A stretch of DNA of 64,000 nucleotides from Planctomycetota bacterium (GTDB lineage: Bacteria; Planctomycetota; UBA8108; SXIK01), in contig OZ244999.1 in the NCBI GenBank assembly GCA_965223265.1, positions 288,001 through 352,000 on the forward strand, in the 5' to 3' direction. The notes beneath the pieces were generated by a model that was not told the origin of the DNA, did no database searches, and saw nothing but the letters and a program-made list of their open reading frames with translations. The position numbers were made by a program, and so were the translations under genes. Position 1 is the first letter of the stretch; every line of letters starts with the position of its first letter. Shown here one piece after another: positions 39,895 to 49,585 of this stretch.

Positions 39895-40718
39895 GGAGTC
39901 GTCGTCGCCGAGACGAGCGCGAGATAAGCGCTCCGGCGCCAAACTGGCAGTTGCATGATGTCTCGTTCCGGCCAGTGATAGGATGCTGCCAGGCGATGGA
40001 CATCCTCGATCACGGTGCGCTGGCGGCGATGAAACGCAGAGAGAATCAGTTCTTCCAAGTCGACCGGGAACTTCGCTTCTTGCCTACAGTCCGGGCATGA
40101 GACGCGTAGGTCGAAATTGACGAGAGGATCTGCTTGAGCGAGAGATTCTTCGATGAGTGCCAGTCGCTTCGTGGTCAGTCTTCGCACGCCTTCAGCCTCT
40201 AACAGTAGATCGCTGACTATGCGCTTGGCGCTAGGTGCCAGGCCGCGACGTTTTTGCTCCGTCCAATCGCGCTGGTCTGCTCCTGTCGGTACCCGTAGTT
40301 GCGCGGACGCGCGTGGAAAGTTGACGCGAACGGATTCTGGTGTCGCTCGGTCACTATGCGATTCAACGACGTGATGGAGAGACAGTTCACACTCCAGGTC
40401 TGCGTTGCATCCATTCACTCGGCACCGAAGTCGCAAGAGCGGAAGCGTTAACTCATCCACGAGCGCAATGCGCAGAAGGCATCCCAGGCGGGTGCCTAGC
40501 GTGAGATTCCAGAGGAATTCCGGATTCACTTTCGCTGCCGGATTGCAGGCACACGCTTCGAGGATGGCCTGTACAACTCGGCAACGATGCGTTGAAGAGA
40601 AATCGAGATCCAAATAGCTCTTTGTTGCCTCGAGTCCCGAGAGTCTTAACCCCTTCGCGCAGAAGCGTTCGGAGAGTGTGTCAGGAATTGGCGGGAACGG
40701 GATGTGATTCGTCAACAT
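39891..40718 (-). CDS. T4 gp26-like baseplate hub / tail assembly protein
   Basis: LTLGTR..LL, ADPLVNFDLRVSCPDC, EDVHRLAASYHWPERDIMQLPVWRR.AYL. Confidence 0.75.
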   Translation of the reverse strand: MLTNHIPFPPIPDTLSERFCAKGLRLSGLEATKSYLDLDFSSTHRCRVVQAILEACACNPAAKVNPEFLWNLTLGTRLGCLLRIALVDELTLPLLRLRCRVNGCNADLECELSLHHVVESHSDRATPESVRVNFPRASAQLRVPTGADQRDWTEQKRRGLAPSAKRIVSDLLLEAEGVRRLTTKRLALIEESLAQADPLVNFDLRVSCPDCRQEAKFPVDLEELILSAFHRRQRTVIEDVHRLAASYHWPERDIMQLPVWRRSAYLALVSATTTP

Positions 40719-40747
40719 GAAACGCGCCCCAAACGATAGCTCATGTG

Positions 40748-41269
40748 TTAGCTCGAGGGAGGAACTGCGGCCTTCTCATCTGGTTCTGTCGTCTGAGGGT
40801 CACGTTCCCACCCTTCGAGCTCGAGCTTCAGCGACTCGATCGCTACGGCATTGGCGTTTGCGTCAAGTTCCGGCATCGCGGTGTATTCGCTGACCCAGCA
40901 ACCGTGCAAAAAGAACCGCAGGGCTACCTGCCCGCGCTCATTCATCACCTCCAGCGATAGCTCTCGCTTGTAGTTCACGAGATCCATCGACGGATCACCA
41001 GCGAAGGAATGAACCGAACTCGCCCATTGCTCAAACTCCGGATCGTGTGTTCTGCCACGCTCGAGAGTGATTCCGTCGTAGGACGTGCGACCAGGAGATT
41101 TGTGGTCGTAGCTGTTCTCCCCGCCGGAGCGATGTGACACGACCTCGGTGGTTCGTTTCAGTGTGCTCACTTTGCTGACCCCTAGGACTGTGCGTCCATC
41201 CGCGACTTTCAATCGAAACTTGAAGTTCTTGTAAGGGTCGTAGCGATGCGCGTTCGCAGTGAATTCCAT
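40748..41269 (-). CDS. Tail tube protein (T4 gp19-like, Afp1/5)
   Basis: RYDPYKNFKFR..GVSKVS.LKRTTEVV.HRSGG..KSPGRT.YD.ITLERG.THD.EFEQWA..CWVSEY..LDANANAVAIE. Confidence 0.96.
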   Translation of the reverse strand: MEFTANAHRYDPYKNFKFRLKVADGRTVLGVSKVSTLKRTTEVVSHRSGGENSYDHKSPGRTSYDGITLERGRTHDPEFEQWASSVHSFAGDPSMDLVNYKRELSLEVMNERGQVALRFFLHGCWVSEYTAMPELDANANAVAIESLKLELEGWERDPQTTEPDEKAAVPPSS

Positions 41270-41284
41270 CGCAGCACTTCTCCT

Positions 41285-43297
41285 TTAGTCGACGTCCGGG
41301 ATCTGCTGAATCTTGATGACGACGAACTCCGCAGGCTTCAGCGGAGCAAAGCCGACTTCGATATTGACGATGCCGAGATTCCTGTCGATGGCTGTCGTTG
41401 TTGTGCCGTCACACTTCACAAAAAATGCAGTGTTGGGGCTGTCACCCTGGAAGGCTCCTTGCCTAAACAAGTTCATCATGAAGGCACCGACGTTCTGCCG
41501 AATTTGCGCCCAGAGAGGCTCGTCATTGGGTTCAAAGACGACCCACTTAGTGCCGCGGAACAGGCTCTCTTCGATCATGAGTGCCAGCCTTCGAATGGGG
41601 ATGTACTTCCACTCTGAAGCTAGTTCATCGGCTCCCAACAGTGTTCGCGCGCCCCATACCACTCTGCCGAAGATTGGAAAGTCGCGAAGGCAGTTGACCC
41701 CTAGAGGGTTGAGCGTACCGTTCTGAGCGTCAGTCAACTGGGCATCGAGTCCGACAGGAGAGAGACCACGCACGCCGGCCTCGATTCCTGCCGGAGCTTT
41801 CCACACCCCTCGTGTGCTGTCTGTGCGCGCGAAGACGCCAGCGACAGTGCCACTGGCACCCACGGAGCGTGCCCGATACTCGTCGAGCGGATCGGGAATC
41901 GATGGGCGTGGAAAAAAGATTGCTGTGTTGCGGTGACGAAAGTCGGAGTGGTCGTCAATCCAGGCCTCCATTTCCTCGACCGTGTTGACGGCCTGAGGAA
42001 TATCGAGGATGTAGAACGATCGACGCTCCTGACAAAACGCCGTGGCTGCTGCGACGACCGCTCGTACCTCTGGGTCAGAGAGATGAGGAACCGCAGCGCG
42101 CGGAATGCAGAGAATATTGAAAAGATCGACATCTGCTAGGCGATGAATTCCCGTCTTCAGGTCGGGGTCGCCGTTGAGCTCTGTCGCGGTTGGGTCGACT
42201 CCGTCCCCACCCGCGAAGTCCGCTTGCCCGACCTGCGCGGCTGCCGAACTCGCGGCTCCTAGGGAATACTCTTGCACGTTCGCGAATTCTCCTCCCCCGG
42301 TCAGGCCGAGAGAGGCCACCACAGATCCTCCGTCTTCTGAAAACGTGATGATCTCGCTTGGCACGAAGCTCCGGGATCTCCGTCCAGTTGTGACTCGTAG
42401 GCGACTACCTACAAGCTCGACGGTCGCACCTGCGAAAGAGGCGTGCGTGGGATCGGTTCCGCTCGCCGGCCGTGATTCTCGGATGGCTTTGGAGAATGCC
42501 TGACGAACTTCTTGCAGGGAACTGGACGTCGTCAAATCGCTGCCGAACGTTCCTCGATGCTGCGGCGGGGGTTCGTCGGGTCCGGTGACGTCGATCAGGA
42601 AGGTTTGACCGTTGAGTGTCGACGGGTCCGCGAGGTTGGTTGAATCGACGACGGCATCTCCTAAAGTTCCTACGACTGCTGGCAGATCAGCTGCAGAGAT
42701 CGATGTCGAGGGCGTCGCATCATGGGCAACTCGGATCAGTCGAGACTCGTCATTGATGACGGTGGGAAAGTACCGCGCGCTGTCCGGCGCCACCGAAAGG
42801 TTGAGAAAAGGGCCTTCCGCGTCAATCACAGCTCCGCTGCCGTCGTATCGCACCACCGTCAAGCCGAAACTGGGCGTACCATCCTGATCTTGTCCGTGCC
42901 GAACGGTCACCCGGAGGCGATTTCCCCAGCCGCCTTCATTTGCGGCTCTCACGGTCATGATTTGGGTTCCGGCAGTGTTCTGAAGGCCGACGCGGGCTGC
43001 ACGAAAGCGCTCGTTGGGATCGGTAGCTGCGGCGTTGTCGCGCCCGACGCGAACCACCCAGGCTTCCGTTCCACCATTGAGGAAAAACTGAGCGATTCCA
43101 TAACTCGCCGGACTCGATTGATCGAGGCCGCCGAAGATTCGGTTGAAGTCGCCCATTCCCTGCACTCGAGCAGCGGTGTCGGTTGGTCCTTCGCGAAAGC
43201 GGTCGACGAATGCGGCGATCGACGTCGCCACTGCCGTGATCGGACGAACCCCGCTCGGCACTTCTTGGACATAGACGCCCGGATAAGAGACCCGCAT
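41285..43297 (-). CDS. Contractile tail sheath protein
   Basis: SYPGVYVQEVPSGVRPI..FFLNGG..ARTDSTRGVWKAPAG..LNPLGVNCLR..VWGARTL..VVFEPNDEPLW..GFAPLKPAEFV; GGAGG RBS. Confidence 0.97.
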   Translation of the reverse strand: MRVSYPGVYVQEVPSGVRPITAVATSIAAFVDRFREGPTDTAARVQGMGDFNRIFGGLDQSSPASYGIAQFFLNGGTEAWVVRVGRDNAAATDPNERFRAARVGLQNTAGTQIMTVRAANEGGWGNRLRVTVRHGQDQDGTPSFGLTVVRYDGSGAVIDAEGPFLNLSVAPDSARYFPTVINDESRLIRVAHDATPSTSISAADLPAVVGTLGDAVVDSTNLADPSTLNGQTFLIDVTGPDEPPPQHRGTFGSDLTTSSSLQEVRQAFSKAIRESRPASGTDPTHASFAGATVELVGSRLRVTTGRRSRSFVPSEIITFSEDGGSVVASLGLTGGGEFANVQEYSLGAASSAAAQVGQADFAGGDGVDPTATELNGDPDLKTGIHRLADVDLFNILCIPRAAVPHLSDPEVRAVVAAATAFCQERRSFYILDIPQAVNTVEEMEAWIDDHSDFRHRNTAIFFPRPSIPDPLDEYRARSVGASGTVAGVFARTDSTRGVWKAPAGIEAGVRGLSPVGLDAQLTDAQNGTLNPLGVNCLRDFPIFGRVVWGARTLLGADELASEWKYIPIRRLALMIEESLFRGTKWVVFEPNDEPLWAQIRQNVGAFMMNLFRQGAFQGDSPNTAFFVKCDGTTTTAIDRNLGIVNIEVGFAPLKPAEFVVIKIQQIPDVD

Positions 43298-43810
43298 GGT
43301 CTACCTCCGTGGATGCGAATGTTGCTCCGCGACGAGTGACAAACTCTCGTCGAATGACCGCCGGCGTGAACGGATTCTGAAGGCCCCTTCACCCCGGCGC
43401 CGAATCCGTGAACTCAGAAAGGGAGCGCCGAAATCCGCTTCGACTTGTCAGCATTTGGTCACGCGGCGAGACCACCGATGACGCTGACTGATCAGCCAAA
43501 CGGTGCCATGGAAAGTCGAGAGAGATTGCGGCTTTATGTCCTCGAGGTATCGGATAGCGCCGTCTCGCACAAGTCATCGTTTCGATGTACTCACATCGAT
43601 GTACTTAGAAGCGATGACGAACAGGAGCTTGATGACAAGGTAAACGACGCGCCTCGTGCAGTCGCGATCGAGTGAGAATCTTGACGGCGTGAAGACTTTT
43701 TCTACATCGCAGTATTTTGTCCTATCATGAGGCTGTGGAGGTTTTCGTCGAACTGGAGGCGTACGATGCATAATGAGCAAGGACGTGCCCCGGTGTTTTC
43801 ATGTCGCTCG

Positions 43811-44833
43811 ATGACTCGATCCTTAGCTACCAGTTTTGGCGCCATCGTTTTGCTTGCGTCCGGTTGTGTGAGTTCTCCTCCTGTTGTGGACGCAACGCGA
43901 GTTTTCCATCGAGCCTTGGCTTTGCGGTGGGCCCCGATTCACTATCAGGACGTGGAGGAGAGCGGGGCCGATGGTTTGCGGGGCAGAGCAGATCTCCTGA
44001 CTGCTGTTGATTTCGATGGCGACTGGGACACCCAAAACAACTGGGAGAACCTTGAAGATCCCTCGAACAGAGTCATCGGGACTTGCTACTATTCGGTGGT
44101 CACCGCTTGCTCGCACTGGTTCGTTCTCTACGCGTTTTACCATCCGCGTGACTGGGAACAGGCGTCGATCGACACTCGTCACGAGATGCATGAAAACGAC
44201 ATGGAAGGCATCTTGTTGGCGATTCGTAGGCCACTCGAGCCAGGCGACGATGCGAAGTTCGGTACGCTCGAAGCGATGATCACGGTCTATCGCGACGATT
44301 TTTTTGCTTACGTCCCCTCTGGGAGTCCGTTCGAGGACGCAGATCGCATCGACGGTGAGATCGGATTCGAGTCGCTGCGCGGAGAGATGCATCCGGTGAC
44401 GGCTCAGGAGGCTCAAGGGCACGGAGTGAAGGCGAGACCGAAAGTCGACGTCTATGGTCGAGATTGGGTGAGATACCGCCCGACTGGCGGACGCGCCACA
44501 GAGACAGTTTCCACGCGTGAGGGAAGCGCAGACTACGAGCTTGTCGACATCTTTGAGTCCGGTGGACTGTGGGCCCATCGGGACGATACGCAGACGTTCG
44601 AGGCTTTTGGGGTTTTTCGCAGTAACAACGGTGGCGAGAGGCGGGCATTCGCGCCCTGGCGATGGCGTGGTCTCTGCTGCGGAGGCCAATCTCCGGGAGG
44701 TGAGATTGCTGTCGATCCGGTGCGACTTCTGAAGGATCAGTTTCGCACCGACGCATTCACCTCGCGATACGAGGAGAATCCCTACTTGGATGCGCCGCAA
44801 TCGACAGATTCTCGAGCGTCGCGAGACCGTTGA
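43811..44833 (+). CDS. Lipoprotein, NPP1/Vps62-like fold candidate
   Basis: Lipobox LASGC; RWAPIHYQD, DFDGDWD..NNWENL, YYSVV..YAFYHPRDW..HENDMEG (cf. NLP GHRHDWE), AQGHG. Confidence 0.55.
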   Translation: MTRSLATSFGAIVLLASGCVSSPPVVDATRVFHRALALRWAPIHYQDVEESGADGLRGRADLLTAVDFDGDWDTQNNWENLEDPSNRVIGTCYYSVVTACSHWFVLYAFYHPRDWEQASIDTRHEMHENDMEGILLAIRRPLEPGDDAKFGTLEAMITVYRDDFFAYVPSGSPFEDADRIDGEIGFESLRGEMHPVTAQEAQGHGVKARPKVDVYGRDWVRYRPTGGRATETVSTREGSADYELVDIFESGGLWAHRDDTQTFEAFGVFRSNNGGERRAFAPWRWRGLCCGGQSPGGEIAVDPVRLLKDQFRTDAFTSRYEENPYLDAPQSTDSRASRDR

Positions 44834-45324
44834 CGTCGACGTCGCAGCTTGACGATCATTGCTTCTCGCAAACTCAAGTTCATGCCTGACGAGAAGTGCG
44901 TTTGAACTTGTCCCCGCTGTCTTGTCCGATAGGCCGTGGTGCTACATATAGGCTTTGTTGATACGAATCCGTCTCGGTCATGCTGTGGATGTTGGCGTCG
45001 TAAACGTTTGTTTGTCATCCACATTCGTAGTCTGGACCGCTTACGCTCTTTCGCATTAGCGTAACGGTGATGAGAACGCAATTGACGGACTCTTGAGGTC
45101 TGTGTTTACTGACTCTGTCAACACGGGCGATTGGGGCACTCGATCGGGCGGTTGACTCAGTTGGTCTTCCCACGGCAGAACCATCGCTGCGATGGTTTAG
45201 CCGCTCAGGGTCGAAGCTTCGCACTGGAAGGGCTAGCGATGAATCTTCGCTCACCTGACTAGGATAGCAATTGGGATGCTTGGTCTGGTTACGCGACGCA
45301 AGCGCAGGTTCAGGAGGATAGAGC

Positions 45325-46146
45325 ATGGGAATCGCAGTGAAAGACGAGAGTCGCCGATGGCCAGGTGGGCGAGTTACGTTCAAAAAGGGCTCACCGCCAC
45401 CGACTCTGTGGACAAAGTTCACATCCGCCATTCGCATCATTCATGACTTAACACCGATTCGCATTAGGGTCGCAGACGAGCCTGACGCAGTGTCGGTGAT
45501 TCGTTCAAACGGGGCCCAGTCGTCGCACGTGGGCCGGGCTCCCGATCCGTCGACCCAGTGGCTGACTTACAGCGACAATGCGGCAGTCGGAACCGTACTC
45601 CACGAGATCATGCATGTTCTTGGAGTTGTCCATGAGCACCAGCGACCGGATCGCGACAATTTCGTCACCATCCATTTCGACCGTCTCATGGACAACAAGG
45701 CGCAGTTCTTTAACAAATCAAGTGGTGTCAACACCGTCACCATCGGGCCGTACGACTACGACAGCGTCATGCACCCAAAGGCTGTTTTCTACAGTAGGGA
45801 CGGACGCGTGACGATCGAAGCGCCGCAGCCGATCGGTCAACGCACAACGCTGAGTGCGGGCGACATTCAGGCGCTGAAGGAGATCTACCCGGATGCCGGC
45901 ACTTGGACGCTCCCCAATCCGGATGATGGTGTCGACACAGTGGAGACCATAGAGCAGCCAACTGCAGAGACGACGACCGCGCCCACCTCAATTGCCCTTG
46001 ATCCAGACGGCGTTCTTGAGGTCGGTGGCTGGACGAAAGCGAGCCAGAGGGTGGTGACGCTGAGCTCGTCGTTCTTTGTGGAGGTGACGAATCTGAAGCC
46101 GGATCCGATCGAGGTGGCGGTGCGTGACGTTTCGGCGGATCCGTGA
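45325..46146 (+). CDS. Astacin-family (M12A) zinc metallopeptidase without signal peptide
   Basis: AGGAGG RBS; RWPGGRV, SSHVGR, HEIMHVLGVVHEHQRPDRD, PYDYDSVMH, IGQRTTLSAGDI. Confidence 0.92.
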   Translation: MGIAVKDESRRWPGGRVTFKKGSPPPTLWTKFTSAIRIIHDLTPIRIRVADEPDAVSVIRSNGAQSSHVGRAPDPSTQWLTYSDNAAVGTVLHEIMHVLGVVHEHQRPDRDNFVTIHFDRLMDNKAQFFNKSSGVNTVTIGPYDYDSVMHPKAVFYSRDGRVTIEAPQPIGQRTTLSAGDIQALKEIYPDAGTWTLPNPDDGVDTVETIEQPTAETTTAPTSIALDPDGVLEVGGWTKASQRVVTLSSSFFVEVTNLKPDPIEVAVRDVSADP

Positions 46147-46448
46147 GCTTCGCGGACGGATCCGAGCAGCCTCGAAGAGCAGCGCCGCCCCCGTTCCCTG
46201 ACACGACGGCCCGCATGGTTCGATCGGTCTCGTCAGGCGACGAAAGTGAGCAACGCGGAGGAATTCTGTTCGCGATTTGTCCGATATCTTTACGAATCTG
46301 TTGAGCCATCAATAACATTCATACGGGCGGCGTGAGAATCAGCTCCTGGCTAACCAGAGCATGCCAGTCGACGCCCGACGTTTGGCACGCGGCTGGCCGC
46401 CCGTGGACACTTCCTCTCGAAGGTTCTCTAAGGTTGGAGAGTCCTACC

Positions 46449-47993
46449 GTGACCGCGCACACGAAGGTGTTTCTCTCATACAGTAGCGCAGATGCAGAGC
46501 TCGCCCAGCGACTAGCCAAGGACTTGAAGTCCGCCGCCATCGACGTCTGGATTGATCAATGGGAGCTCGAGGTTGGCGAGAAATTTGCCCATAGAATCGA
46601 GAGCGGCGTAGATGCAGCTAGTTTCGTGATCGTCCTACTGACGAAAGCGAGCGTAACTTCCGAGTGGGTCGCCCGCGAGTGGCGCCGCAAGGCTGACGGC
46701 GAGGCTGGCACCAAGAGAGTTCAGGTCGTCCCGGTGCGTGGCGAGGAGTGCGAGATTCCCGATTTTCTGGCTCAGCGCAGCTATGTGAACCTAGCCGGCG
46801 GAAGTTACCCTCTGGGATTCCGGCAGTTGCTGGAGATCCTGCGTCACCATGCAGAAAGCGACGCCATCGAGGTGCCCCGAAACACGATCTTGAAGCAGGA
46901 AGAGTACGCTGGTCAGTGGCTTCCTGTCGTGACCCCGATCACGTTGGAGGTGAGCAGCGACCTGATCCCGCTCTTCGATCAGGATCGCCGCTTTGTGGAC
47001 GAGCTGGCACCGAGAATGCGAGATGCTTTGCGAGCCGAGCTCGGCTTTCCGCTCCCCGGCATCCGCGTGCGAGGCAACGAGACCGACATGCCACCCAGCC
47101 ATGCGCTGCTCATGATTGAAGAAATACCTGAGATCATGTTCCAGGTGGGCCGGGACGAGATGTCGGTCGATGGGTCGGTTGAGAGCCTCGCGGAGCTCGG
47201 AATTACGGCGGAGCCGCGCCTGATAGCTGAGTTGGGCATCCAAGCGAGCATTGCTCCGGTCGACCGCGTTCGAGCCGAGTCGGCGGGCATGGCCACGTGG
47301 GATGCTGCCGAGTACCTATGCCGTGCGTTACAGTTCGAGCTCCGGCGCTGGGCTAGCCTGTTCCTCGACGTGGACGTCACGCGAAAGCTGGTGGACGTGG
47401 TCGCGCGCTCGGCTCCCGAGCTGGTCGCCGAAGCTATTCCGAAGGCGGTGTCCTGGTTCGAGCTCACAGAAGTTCTGATTCTCCTCGTAGAAGAAGACGT
47501 CTACATCAGAGACATGGCTTCGATCCTCGAGGCGCTCTCGCACTGGGACTCTGACCTGCGCGATCCCGTCCTGATGGCGGAGAGGGCGAGGCAAGCGTTG
47601 AGCGCGCAAATCACCGCTCGGCTCCTCCAAGGTCGAGAGTCATTGCCAGTCCTTTTAGTCGATCGCGAGATCGAAGGACTCATGTGCAGTGCAATCCAAC
47701 CGACTCCCGTAGGGTCGTACCTTTCACTCGAGCCGCAGCTCTTAAACGACATCACGGCTGCTGTGCGTAGGGAAGTGAACTCGCTTGGAGCTGAAGCGGC
47801 CGAGGTGACGATCCTGACGTCGGCCTGCGAGATCAGGCGGCATCTCCGAAAGTGCGTGGAGCTTGAGTTCCCTTCACTCCAGGTGGTGTCGCGTCAGGAT
47901 CTCGAGCCCGAAGCACCGATCAAGCCGATCGCTCAGATCAGCCTGAACGTCGCGCGCACTCGCGTCGAAAACGGTGGAGGAACATCGACATGA
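46449..47993 (+). CDS. TIR domain fused to SctV/FlhA (FHIPEP) cytoplasmic domain, copy A
   Basis: GGAG RBS then GTG 46449; KVFLSYS..VWIDQWELEVGE..SEWVAREW; then PITLEVSSDLIP..ELGFPLPGIRVR..ELTEVLILLVEEDVYIRDM..MAERARQAL..IRRHLRK..VVSRQDL. Confidence 0.9.
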   Translation: MTAHTKVFLSYSSADAELAQRLAKDLKSAAIDVWIDQWELEVGEKFAHRIESGVDAASFVIVLLTKASVTSEWVAREWRRKADGEAGTKRVQVVPVRGEECEIPDFLAQRSYVNLAGGSYPLGFRQLLEILRHHAESDAIEVPRNTILKQEEYAGQWLPVVTPITLEVSSDLIPLFDQDRRFVDELAPRMRDALRAELGFPLPGIRVRGNETDMPPSHALLMIEEIPEIMFQVGRDEMSVDGSVESLAELGITAEPRLIAELGIQASIAPVDRVRAESAGMATWDAAEYLCRALQFELRRWASLFLDVDVTRKLVDVVARSAPELVAEAIPKAVSWFELTEVLILLVEEDVYIRDMASILEALSHWDSDLRDPVLMAERARQALSAQITARLLQGRESLPVLLVDREIEGLMCSAIQPTPVGSYLSLEPQLLNDITAAVRREVNSLGAEAAEVTILTSACEIRRHLRKCVELEFPSLQVVSRQDLEPEAPIKPIAQISLNVARTRVENGGGTST

Positions 47994-49585
47994 CTTCGAA
48001 AGTTTCCACAGACGCGGTCTGTTTGTTGATGTCCTTCAGTAGTGAGTACGTCGACCTCGCCCGGCGGCTCAAGGGTGATCTGAGCACGGCAAACCTCCGC
48101 GTGCAGCTCAACCAGTGGGACGGTGGAGGTCGTATGCCCGCCGTTCAGTCTGGTGAACATTGTGTCGACGACGTGAATTTCGTACTGCCCCTGCTGACGC
48201 CTGCGCCGCTCGTCGTGCCTTCTGAGGAGGCCGTAAGCTGGGTCGGTGACGAGTGGAGGCGAGCGATCTACGATCACGCTGACGCTCGAAGCATCCCAAT
48301 ACTCGCTGTCCGGGGGGAGCGCTGCGCTGTTCCCGACTTCCTGAAAAACCGAAGCTTCGCCGATCTCTGCAGGCGCGGCTACACCCTCGAGCTTCGGCGG
48401 TTGGTCGAGACGATTCGCAATCGATCTCAAGACACGAGAATCGTGCTGCCGGACCGTGAGCCGGAGGTCGACGACTCCCGATCAACGGTGGCATCGACGA
48501 CTCCGATCGTACTCGAGTTGAGCGACGAGCTCATGCCGCTCTTCGCAGGTACCAACGGGAAGAGCCGTTTTGTCGAGGAGACTGTTCCTTGCATGCGCGA
48601 CGGGCTGTTCTACGAGCTTGGAGTTCTGTTCCCAGGGGTGCACCTGCGGGTCGCACCAGACTTGTCCGGCTCGTCCTCACGAATCGTGATCAACGACGTT
48701 TCCGAAAAAAGGCTGGAGCTTCGGCTCGAAGATGTGATGGTCAACGACAACGTCGAAGCATTGGCGAAGCGGGGGTTCGTCGCCGAGCCAGCTGTGAACC
48801 CAGCCAACGGACTTTCGTGCGGCTGGATCTCGACTCGCCACGCTGCAGCGGCTGAAGAATGTGGCCTGGCGACATGGGACGTCCATGCGTACGTGATTCT
48901 TGAGCTAACCGCGGTCCTTCGGCGCATCGCAGCGGACTTCGTCGATGCCGACGTGACGCAGGTTTTGTTGGATAGACTCAAGCTCGCCTTTCCGCTGCTC
49001 GTTGAAGAGACCGTTCCAAAGACTGTCTCTCTCTTCATCCTCACCGACGTTCTCAGGAGATTGGTTGCCGAGCGCCTCCCGATTCGCGATTTGCGCCGAA
49101 TCCTGATGGTCGTCGCAAAATGGGGACGCTGCGAAGAGGATCCACTCATGTTGACCGAGTACGTGCGCAGCGGTCTCAAGCGTCAGATCACCCATCGCGT
49201 GAGCCGTGGACAGAACAACCTCACCGTGTTCCTCCTCGATCCCGAGATGGAGACCGCGATCCAGAACGCGACGCGGCAGGCAGCAACTGGCGACTATGTC
49301 GAGCTCGAACCGGACAGTCTCAGACAGATCGTGGCTGCCATCGAGAAGCCCCTGAGTGCCCTCGCTGACGGAAGCTTTCAGCTCCCGTCAATCCTTACCA
49401 CCGCGGAGGTTCGCCCGATTGTACGCCGACTCGTCGCTCCCTGGATGCCGGCGATTGACGTTATCTCGTATCAAGAGATCAGCCAGACTCGCCAAATCGG
49501 AATTCAACCAGTTGGCCGAATTTCTCTCGATGGCTTCGAGCCGCGGCAGGGAATCTGGCCGTATCCAACGCCGTCTCATCAATGA
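47990..49585 (+). CDS. Divergent TIR domain fused to SctV/FlhA (FHIPEP) cytoplasmic domain, copy B
   Basis: ATGA overlap; LMSFSS..SWVGDEW..VPDFLKNRSFADL; then PIVLELSDEL..MRDGLFYELGVLFPGV..NPANG..DVLRRLVAERLPIRDLRRIL..LTEYVRSGL..LLDPEME..VISYQEI..QPVGRI. Confidence 0.9.
   Translation: MTSKVSTDAVCLLMSFSSEYVDLARRLKGDLSTANLRVQLNQWDGGGRMPAVQSGEHCVDDVNFVLPLLTPAPLVVPSEEAVSWVGDEWRRAIYDHADARSIPILAVRGERCAVPDFLKNRSFADLCRRGYTLELRRLVETIRNRSQDTRIVLPDREPEVDDSRSTVASTTPIVLELSDELMPLFAGTNGKSRFVEETVPCMRDGLFYELGVLFPGVHLRVAPDLSGSSSRIVINDVSEKRLELRLEDVMVNDNVEALAKRGFVAEPAVNPANGLSCGWISTRHAAAAEECGLATWDVHAYVILELTAVLRRIAADFVDADVTQVLLDRLKLAFPLLVEETVPKTVSLFILTDVLRRLVAERLPIRDLRRILMVVAKWGRCEEDPLMLTEYVRSGLKRQITHRVSRGQNNLTVFLLDPEMETAIQNATRQAATGDYVELEPDSLRQIVAAIEKPLSALADGSFQLPSILTTAEVRPIVRRLVAPWMPAIDVISYQEISQTRQIGIQPVGRISLDGFEPRQGIWPYPTPSHQ

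Larger units (their letters stand above)
12921..43297 (-). other. Extracellular contractile injection system (eCIS) locus
   Basis: About 20 co-oriented, tightly packed tail, baseplate and effector genes with AAA+ ATPase, DUF4255 and DUF4157; no capsid, terminase or T6SS membrane complex. Confidence 0.95.

Noticed and set aside
12921-43297. Prophage, R-type tailocin or T6SS
   Set aside because: No capsid, portal, terminase, integrase, TssJLM or ClpV; DUF4255, Afp15-like ATPase and DUF4157 indicate eCIS.
43492-43508. Sigma-54 promoter for the eCIS operon (minus strand TGGCACCGTTTGGCT)
   Set aside because: GG-to-GC spacing is 9 nt rather than the required 10; a second candidate at 43314-43329 would start transcription inside the RBS.
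46449-49585. Functional T3SS or flagellar export gate (sctV/flhA)
   Set aside because: No N-terminal TM domain and no other sct or fli genes in the window, so no gene symbol was assigned.
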